This document shows positions 55,090 through 64,000 of a stretch of DNA of 64,000 nucleotides, one piece after another; the first letter of the stretch is position 1; every line of letters starts with the position of its first letter. The stretch is from Octopus sinensis. Taxonomy: Eukaryota. Below the pieces are notes generated by a model, which was given only the letters and a program-made list of their open reading frames with translations, was not told the origin of the DNA and made no database searches. Where the stretch lies: the NCBI RefSeq assembly GCF_006345805.1, contig NC_042998.1, positions 118,482,001-118,546,000 on the forward strand. Reading direction: 5' to 3'. A program made the position numbers and the translations under genes.

Positions 55090-55700
55090 AAATAGTATTT
55101 ACAACAAATGTAACAGGTCACAATAAGCAGATATCCTAGTTATAGTAAACTGTAATTGAAATAATTTAGAAGTAGAAAGTGTGATTACTGATATAAAATA
55201 AACCACTTCGGCAAATCAAATTCATTTTTTGCAAGAAATCTTGTTTGTGTTGGTTTTAATTAGCAACACCTTAACTGTGATGGGGACATATAATACATAA
55301 ATTATACCAAACATACTCAAGTGTAGAATATGCGTCCCTTTGTTATTAAACGTTCAAATATTTTTTATGTGGTGTGATGTGATTTGAGGGAAACTTTTGC
55401 ATGATTTTTTCTTGCGAAGTTGGCATATTGTCACCATTGTATCTTATTGTTAAACATCAAACATACATATTAATGCTCCCAAAAAGCATAATCATGACAA
55501 AGACTTCCTATGAGAAATATTATGATAATGGATAATTATAAATCTTTTGACTTTTAATGATACAAATTTGAGAAATTAGCAAAACTTGGTGATTAACTTA
55601 TTAGATATAAAATATCATAGGTTTTTAAACTGCCGCGGCGTATTTTTAATAAGACAATTCTATATTAATAATCACAGACATACACACATAAACACACACT
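55090..55700 (+). pseudogene. Possible decayed protocadherin-like fragment (EC1 end and EC2)
   Basis: One frame holds LEVESVITDIK* (55166-55201), GTYNT*IIPNI, VPLLLNV and LVINLLDIKYH (from 55586). These are two linker-like motifs 140 codons apart, resembling recalled LEIKVIIEDIND, GTMRSIPNA and EPFTLSV. Confidence 0.4.
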
Positions 55701-56490
55701 TATTCTCACAACTATACTTAGCTATTTCGATTGGAACCATTTTACATAGTTTTCTTAATAGTAGAACTGCGTTATAGAGTTGCCTTACGTAGTACGCGTT
55801 CAATCTTGCTGAAATTCTATAAGAACTCTGAGAAATGCCGGGATATTATTTCATTTGAATAATGCTCTTTTGCGGAAATCACATGAGCATTGATATCAAA
55901 CATTGCAACGTTAATACCTCCATTGAAATTGTGGAATCCTATTTCTTGTAAAGACTGCATAGAAACAATTATCTACTAATACTGTTCTTAGGCTATGTCG
56001 CTGCTGAAAATGAACGGTGATTAAATCTATAAGAAATTTTTTAAACATGAAAGAGAGATGGTTCTTTTAATTAATTAGAGCCTTAATACAAAAGAAAAAT
56101 ATAGAAATATGCTCATGACATATTTTTTCAGCTTTAAAACTGTTCGTCTTGCCTACATAACTAAAAAAATCTGCGTCCTAATGCTACTTCCTCTAATGTC
56201 GTTGCACACTTTTTTGGCCGCTAGTAATATACATGTGTGTATATATGTGTGTGTGTGTATGTGTGTGGGTGTGTTTGTGTGTGTGCATTGAGATTCATAT
56301 ATAAAAACGCACACGTGCATACTCACATAGTCGCATATATGGGACAGAGCTTTTACTTATCTCAATTTAAATACAAGACAGACTTCAAGCCTTTATATCT
56401 GTCCTATTTCAATTTTTTTTATATTTTTGCATTAGTTTCCTTCAGCTAATTTAGAACAATTATTTTCATATATATATATATATATATATT

Positions 56491-56912
56491 ATATAAAAGG
56501 GCTTAGTAAAATAAATTACTTTGCCGCATACTGAACTCGTTAGAAATAGCAGCTAAAAAAACTTTTTATAAAACTATTTCTAACACTTAAAGAAAACCTC
56601 TCTCATATAGTGTTTGCTCAATTCAACTCAAGGAAGTATGGGGGTAGAGACATTAAAAATCAAATGCAAAGGTTATTTGAGTACGTACGTTTCAAGATTA
56701 GTCAAAATCGACCTTCTCTCATCAGCTCAGAATGCCCTTGTTTGAATCTGAAAAACTGAAAATGGGAGCATACCTTTCGGCTTGTTATCGCTTCTGAAGA
56801 TCTGTTCCAAACTAACAGTGCCAACAAACTCAAATATGCAAGCGAAGAATTTCTGCTCTCCCCTTTCCGGAGTATGCGGCAATGTAATTTATTTTACTAA
56901 GCCCTTTTATAT
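56491..56912. mobile_element. MITE, 422 bp, 42-bp terminal inverted repeats, inserted in (TA)n
   Basis: 56491-56532 (ATATAAAAGGGCTTAGTAAAATAAATTACTTTGCCGCATACT) matches the reverse complement of 56871-56912 at 41/42 positions. No coding capacity is seen. Confidence 0.92.
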
Positions 56913-57009
56913 AATGTAATAATTTGAATTCGCCTTAAATGGTCCCTTTGCATACTGAATACTTGGTGAAATTGATTAATTAATTAATTAATTTTACCCT
57001 CAATTGTTG

Positions 57010-57040
<31 letters not shown>

Positions 57041-57258
57041 GCATATATATGTATATAGATAGATCAACACACATATATATATAAACTAAATTCAAATTCA
57101 ATAGAGTATTTGAATACCACTTGCATAGACAGAGCCATCGCTTCAAAATCACTAATTACTCACTATTAAAATACACACGGCCAATGCAGTAAATATGACA
57201 AAAACTGGCTTACCTTGCATGAAATACAAAATTAAGAAATGTGTGTATTATTTGATTT

Positions 57259-57483
57259 ATTCTTTTACTTGTTTCAGTCATTTGACTGCGGCCATGCTCG
57301 AGCACTGCTTTTATTCGAGCAAATCGACCCCAGGACTTATTTTTTGGAAGCCGAGTGCTTATTCTATCGGTCTGTTTTGCTGAACTGCTATTTTATGGGG
57401 ACGTAAACACACGACCATCGATTATCAAGTGATGTTGGGGGGACAGACACAGACACACAAACATACACACACACACACATCTA

Positions 57484-57529
<46 letters not shown>

Positions 57530-57730
57530 AGATGGGCTTCTTTATGTTTCCGTCTATCAATCAAATCCACCACAACGCCTTGGTCGGCCCGAGGCTATAG
57601 TAGAAGACACTTGCCCAAGATGCCACGCAGTGGGAATGAACCCGGAACCATATGGTTGGTAAGAAACCTACTTACCACACGGCCACTTCTGCGCCTATAG
57701 CTTCTTACCACACAGCCACTCCTGGCTCAC
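57259..57730 (-). mobile_element. SINE family B, near full length, with a short duplicated head
   Basis: Head GGCCGTGTGGTAAG...GGTTCCGGGTTCATTCCC (A/B-box-like), internal microsatellite, and tail CATGGCCGCAGTCAAATGACTGAAACAAGTAAAAGA. Confidence 0.92.
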
Positions 57731-58044
57731 GATAAGTTCGTTTTGAATGTAGCGGGGGCATTCAAAAGTTAAGAACGCACACGGCGTAGTGTGATGAATA
57801 TTTCAGAAATAGGTGTTAAGTGTTACTTTCAGCTGATGATTTTTCATACAGAAAGCGAAATTAATTGATCCTGAAATATACACATTACTTACTTCTGTAT
57901 TCCAGGCAAGGTAAGCCAGTTTCTTGTTATATTACATTGGCCGTGTGTATTTCGATAGAGAGTAATTGGTAGTTTTGGCGTGATGGCTCTGTTTTTATCA
58001 AATGGTATTGAATTTGAATTTAGTTTATATTTTACCTTTAAAGG

Positions 58045-58053
58045 TGTTAAAGG

Positions 58054-58105
<52 letters not shown>

Positions 58106-58118
58106 TTTGTTGTTGTTA

Positions 58119-58152
<34 letters not shown>

Positions 58153-58179
58153 CATCATCATCATCATTATTATTATTAC

Positions 58180-58228
<49 letters not shown>
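58045..58228. repeat. (ATT)n microsatellite, tail or target of the adjacent R4-like element
   Basis: Direct reading. Confidence 0.95.
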
Positions 58229-58860
58229 TTATGCATGACTTTTGCTTTACATTTGTACAAATTGGCTCCAAGTCTCACCCAGAGACCTCAAGAGACAATA
58301 GGTTGGAAGATCCTGTTGGTGTTATGCCTAGGGTGCCATATATTTGGTTTTGTAAATAGTGTTGTTCTAGAGAATGTTTAAGAACCATAAGAAAATTGTG
58401 CTTGTTTTAAAACTTGAGATTACATAGAAAGTAGTTTGCGTAGGATATGAACAGTTCCCATGAGCATCATCTTTAGAATTTCTGCCATTTTGGGGTTTTC
58501 TGGTATCAGCCCCTTTTGCTATCATTACCAGGGCACCTATGACAACAGATATTGTTTTAGTCTTCAGGTTCCACATTTTGCTAACTTCTATTTCAAGATC
58601 TTTACATTTGCTCAGTTTTTGGTAGGTCTTGACAGATACGTTTATATCGATTGGGACAGTCATATCACTGAGGAGGCATGATTTTTGTCTGAAGCCTTTC
58701 AACATGATGTCTGGCCTATTTGCATCTGTCTTTCTGTCAGTTTGAATGGTGAAGTTCCAGAGGAGTGAGATGTGGACATTTTCAAGCACTGGAAATGGTT
58801 TGTGTTTCCACCAGTTTTTATCATGGGGCAAGTCCAGGCTTTTGCAAATTACCCAGTGAA
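58226..58860 (-). mobile_element. R4/Dong-like LINE 3' end (restriction-like endonuclease + 3' UTR)
   Basis: WWKHKP..VLEN...LLWNFTIQTDR...ANRPDI...DMTVP.D.NV...KLSKCKDLEIEV..MW...VVIGAL. Flanked on both sides by AAT/ATT tracts. Confidence 0.92.
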
Positions 58861-58970
58861 TATATTATTATTATTATTATTATTAATAATAATAATAATA
58901 TAATAATAATAATAATAACGGCAATAATACTTATTTTAAATATACACACACACACGCACGCACGCACTCG

Positions 58971-59033
<63 letters not shown>

Positions 59034-59579
59034 ATATATATATACAGAGAGAGAGAGAGAGAGAGATCAACACAAAACTAATGTTGCAGCGAGAGATAAA
59101 TATCATATTATGTACATACTGTTGAATTAACAACTATGAATAGTTACTTCCCATTGAGAAACACAGTTCAGCAATTTTTTTATAACGTGCTTTTTGACTC
59201 CAAGCTATTTCAAACTCTGAGCACATGGTTTGTTCTATTTGAGAAACGGGACGATGGTACCTGAGAAACAACGATAAAAGAAATGAAGATAAGGTTAATG
59301 CAAAAGTGTAATGAGCATACAAAGGGGAAGAGAAAATAGAAAAAAATGTAAGGGAAAAAGAAAAAGAAATTAAAGTTACGTTCCCTATATATATATATTA
59401 GCGAAGCTGTAAAACATATTTTCGCACCTAAAAGTATATGCCTTCGGTTTCACGAAGAAACATGAGATAGTAACCAAATTACAGACCATCAAAACAAATA
59501 AAAGCATAGCCAAACTCCCATATCCTAAAAATTATCTTGCATGTTCCTGTGCTAATGATATCATATTTTTATTATATAT

Positions 59580-59800
59580 TATTATATAGACATGCAGCAC
59601 GAAATTTTATCAGTGATCAGTTGGAGGTCTAAAAGCGACGAAAATATTTTGGGAAATTAAATTTAAATGTTCAAGTGAATCTAACGGTCTTTTGTGTTTT
59701 TTTAATGGCTTATAAACACATTTCACGCTGCAATTGATTTCGTTCCAGCACACGATATCAGATCAAGTCACTTGCTATGCAAGTACATCTCCATAATATT
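59580..59800. mobile_element. Short MITE-like repeat homologous to the spacer of the 16.5-17.7 kb hairpins
   Basis: AAAAGCGACGAAAATATTTTG...AAGTGAATCTAACGG...AATGGCTTATAAACAC...CACGCTGCA parallels 16780-16880. Confidence 0.75.
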
Positions 59801-60063
59801 ATATATGAATTATCTTTATACTATATTATATTATATTATATTATATTATATTATATATATATATATATATATATAGTTGGAAAAAAATTAGTGATCAATG
59901 TAAATCAAAGTTTCATATATAAAGAATGATGGAGGAAATAGCACAGAATTAAGTCTAAGATATTTCGATTTAAGAAGAAATTATATAAAACTGATTTTAA
60001 AATTATACAGATCAGATATTGCGAGTTTCAGTGAATTTCATTTTATCAAGGGTCGGTACAAAT

Positions 60064-60170
60064 TTATAAAAAATCGAAGTAAAAACAGTTTATCTTCTGA
60101 GGGTCAAAAACATGTCTTGACACTCACACCAAGACAGAAGATAAACTGTTTTTACTTCAATTTTTTATAA
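60064..60170. repeat. Hairpin: 36-bp stem with one mismatch and a 35-nt loop
   Basis: 60064-60099 versus 60135-60170 are 35/36 complementary. The loop contains an inner GTCTTG/CAAGAC-type pairing. Confidence 0.92.
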
Positions 60171-60325
60171 CTTTTTACTGATCTTTGATAATATGAGATT
60201 CGCCGAAACCAGTAATACCTTCTTTATGTAATTTTTAAAGATAAGTTTTAAAGCATTTTTTATTAATCTCCTTCTTAAATTGAAATATCTTAGACTTACT
60301 TCTATGCTATTTCCACATCCACCAT

Positions 60326-60364
<39 letters not shown>

Positions 60365-60415
60365 AATATGTATATATGTATATATATATACATATATATA
60401 TATGTATATACATTT

Positions 60416-60449
<34 letters not shown>

Positions 60450-60602
60450 ATTATATAGAGGGCAATACTATACATAAATGCCACATGCTAAGAGGGTCAC
60501 TTAAAGTCAAAACTACCAAAATGAATAAACACATAGTATATACATATATATATATGTATATATGTATATATATATATATACACACATATATATGTATATA
60601 TG

Positions 60603-60633
<31 letters not shown>

Positions 60634-60701
60634 GTATGTATATATATATACATATACATATATAAGTATATATATACATACATATATAAGTATATATATA
60701 C

Positions 60702-60752
<51 letters not shown>

Positions 60753-60794
60753 TGTACATATATGTACATATATGTATAGATATTCATATATATG

Positions 60795-60867
<73 letters not shown>

Positions 60868-60889
60868 TACATATACAGGTATATTTCTC

Positions 60890-61345
60890 TAGACATTTAT
60901 TGGAGAGAAGACGGGAGAGGTATGCAGTAATATATATCTCGAAGATCCTGGAAGGAATTGTGCCAAATTTTGTCATTGTAAGCTACACCAATGCTAGGCC
61001 GGACGACACTGCATGGTGCCAAAGATCCCGGCAATGCCATCACGCTTCAGGGCCAGCTTACTGCAACAGCCTGGGTTTCAAGGGCTCACAGCTTTTTAAT
61101 TTCTCCCAAAGAATCTGGGGAACTTGCACAAAGTAGATGTAGCGGTTTTTAAATCAAAGCTGGACAACTTCCTGTCGAAAGTCCCAGATGAACCTACCTC
61201 ACGGCAATAGGTGCAAATGAGGGTAGCTATAACAACTCCATTCTTCACCAAGGGCGACATATTAAAGGAGGCTCTTAGTAATAACAGCGTAGCACAAAAA
61301 GGCGGTGCATCAGCATGGCCGCAGCTCTGAGCTGAAACAAAAAGA
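60890..61345 (+). mobile_element. CR1-group LINE 3' fragment with 3' stem-loop
   Basis: [24 protein letters not shown]...CNSLGFKGSQLFN...SKLDNFLSKVPDEPTSRQ, then CATGGCCG-CAGCT-ctg-AGCTG-AAAC. Confidence 0.9.
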
Positions 61346-61480
61346 TTATATATACGTGTATATATATATGTGTGTGTATATATATTAGGATGAATTGTAG
61401 AATATATTGTAAGGAGGGCAGACCGCGCCTGATAGAGAAACAAATATGTGGCAACGCATACACTTATGTACACTCTGACG

Positions 61481-61572
<92 letters not shown>

Positions 61573-61923
61573 TCAGAGTGTACATAAGTGTATGCGTTGC
61601 CACATATTTGTTTCTCTATCAGGCTCGGTCTGCCCTCCTTACAATATATTCTACAATTCATCCTAATATATATACACACACACATATATATACACTTATA
61701 TATAATCTTTTTGTTTCAGCTCAGAGCTGCGGCCATGCTGATGCACCGCCTTTTTGTGCTACGCTGTTATTACTAAGAGCCTCCTTTAATATGTGGCCCT
61801 TGGTGAAGAATGGAGATTGTTATAGCTACCCTCATTTGCACCTCTTGCCGTGAGGTAGGTTCATCTGGGACTCTCGACAGGAAAATGTCCAGCTTTGATT
61901 TAAAAACCGCTACATCTACTTTG
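61129..61923. repeat. 795-bp spacerless palindrome centred on (CT)n(TA)n(AG)n
   Basis: Arms are reverse-complementary from CAAAGTAGATGTAGCGG to CCGCTACATCTACTTTG, with roughly 7-10 small differences. Confidence 0.97.
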
Positions 61924-62954
61924 AGAAATAGAGAGGAGACAGGCAGACAGACTGACAGATTCATGCATAGGTAGGTATGTGAGTAGTAGTTATGATGAAC
62001 CGTTTTATAAGTAGCCAGTGAAATACAAATCAAATAGAATGTAATCTTTAGACCTGAGTACATACTTTTCCTTGCATAAAAAATCGAATACAAAAAGTAA
62101 CACACCTAACTCACCTATCAAACGTTTAGAATTCTAAAGACGGACGGTTCCCGTCTTCATACAGATATACAGATATATAACAGAATGTAATGTTACAAAT
62201 AGCTACGTACAAACTATAATCGATTACATGAATACTCATAAAAACAAAATTTTATTCAGGAGCATGAAATCTATGCTAAGATATAGGGGAACAATACTTT
62301 ACATTACTTGTAGACGACAAGACTAAGTCAAAAATGGATAAAGAATGAATATAATGGACAAAGAATGAATATAGAAAAAATTGAAGACCAGCTAAGAAGC
62401 TTAACAATCAACTTTAAGACCGAAATAATATTCATTGTGAAATGGAAATTCGTAAAAATATATAATGAAGCAGAGAATAAAATGAATTCAGAATTGTAGA
62501 AACCACAGAATAATCAGTCATATACTTTCTGACTCCCAGTGGTGGCTACAGCAGACAAAACAGTTTCATGTTTTCATAAGCTTCAATGTGTGGCTGAATT
62601 ATATAATGTCTGGGAAAAAAACAGATGCAAGAAGCAAATCCGACAATATACAAAAACAAAACAGAATAATGAAATGACCATTCTATGAGAGATCGCGATT
62701 TATCCAACGCCACCTATATACAAATATCATTAGATGTAGACGGACGCTCTCGCCTCCTCCACCTGTTTAGCGGTTTGCTTCGCAACAACTTGCTTCTGAT
62801 TTTGATCACACAAACATTGAATAGCTAATGTTCCCACGTGTTGAACCATATGTTGAGAGGGGAATTCGGTAGGGTGAGACTGGCCAAATATTTGTTACAC
62901 ATACATACGCTCACACACTGACACACACACACACATATGCATGCATATGTATAT

Positions 62955-63027
<73 letters not shown>

Positions 63028-63040
63028 CATATATATATAC

Positions 63041-63071
<31 letters not shown>

Positions 63072-63089
63072 ATATATATATAATATATA

Positions 63090-63167
<78 letters not shown>

Positions 63168-63193
63168 TATATATACATACATATATATATAAT

Positions 63194-63264
<71 letters not shown>

Positions 63265-63268
<4 letters not shown>

Positions 63269-63421
63269 CATACACACAAACATTAGGTAATGAAGTAGAT
63301 AAAATTCATGCTGCATATGCTTCATAGCTAGTGGAAGTAGGAAATTATCCAAACGACGTGTTGACTGCAAGCTACACTTCAGACCAAAAATTCTTCGATA
63401 CTCTCTCTCTTTCTCTCTCTT

Positions 63422-63492
<71 letters not shown>

Positions 63493-63517
63493 ATATATAT
63501 ACATATATATATATATA

Positions 63518-63562
<45 letters not shown>

Positions 63563-63775
63563 ATATTATATATATATATATATATTATATATATATATAT
63601 ACATACATACACACAAACATTAGGTAATGAAGTAGATAAAATTCATGCTGCATATGCTTCATAGCTAGTGGAAGTAGGAAATTATCCAAACGACGTGTTG
63701 ACTGCAAGCTACACTTCAGACCAAAAATTCTTCGATACTCTCTCTCTCTTTCTCTCTCTTTATATATATATATAT
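63265..63775. repeat. Tandem duplication (337-bp period) of an about 157-bp unique segment, separated by (TA)n
   Basis: 63265-63421 and 63602-63758 read as identical by eye. Confidence 0.95.
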
Positions 63776-63800
63776 ATACGCGTTTGTGTGCGTGTGTGTT

Positions 63801-63880
63801 TAGGAGTAGGAGTGGCTGTGTGGTAAGTAGCTTGCTTACTTCCGGTTACCCAGAATGAAACACTAGTTGGTCTGGACTGT
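63801..63880 (+). mobile_element. SINE family B head fragment
   Basis: GGAGTGGCTGTGTGGTAAGTAGCTTGCTTAC. Confidence 0.75.
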
Positions 63881-64000
63881 TATAGTGACAAGATGTGAGT
63901 TTTTGGGGGCTCCGTGAATAGAAAAAGGAACAAAAAAAATTGTCAATTATGGCTCGCTATAGTGAGCAAAATACTGGGTTCTCATCACCGTAACGGTGAA

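Overview
AT-rich, microsatellite-saturated eukaryotic DNA, very probably from an Octopus (coleoid cephalopod) genome. That assignment is inferred from two recurrent tRNA-headed SINE families and the transposon mix. I find no intact host protein-coding gene, no rRNA or tRNA gene and no CRISPR array. Most entries in the ORF track are translations of (TA)n, (TATG)n, (AAT)n or (CT)n tracts. Recognisable elements are: a mariner split by a young RTE LINE (9.8-11.9 kb); two Penelope-like elements with inverted pseudo-LTRs, tail to tail (12.2-16.5 kb); tandem fold-back hairpin units (16.5-17.85 kb); CR1-group LINE pieces (20-22, 26.4, 60.9-61.9 kb); R4/Dong-like LINE pieces next to (AAT)n tracts (22.4, 44-48, 50.4, 58.2 kb); a decayed DD37D transposon (27.6-28.6 kb); Helitron-like non-autonomous elements (38-40.9 kb); a 42-bp-TIR MITE (56.5 kb); and many SINEs. 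Four signals go beyond routine annotation. (1) Several different minimal hammerhead-ribozyme motifs with palindromic stem III sit in Penelope-type termini. (2) Much of the apparently unique DNA reads, by eye and at low to moderate confidence, as heavily decayed protocadherin-like coding relics. (3) (TA)n tracts repeatedly seed fold-back palindromes and tandem duplications, including an 795-bp spacerless palindrome at 61.1-61.9 kb. (4) One SINE family shares a covarying 3' stem-loop with the CR1-group LINEs. All protein-family comparisons are by eye against motifs recalled from memory; no searches were run.
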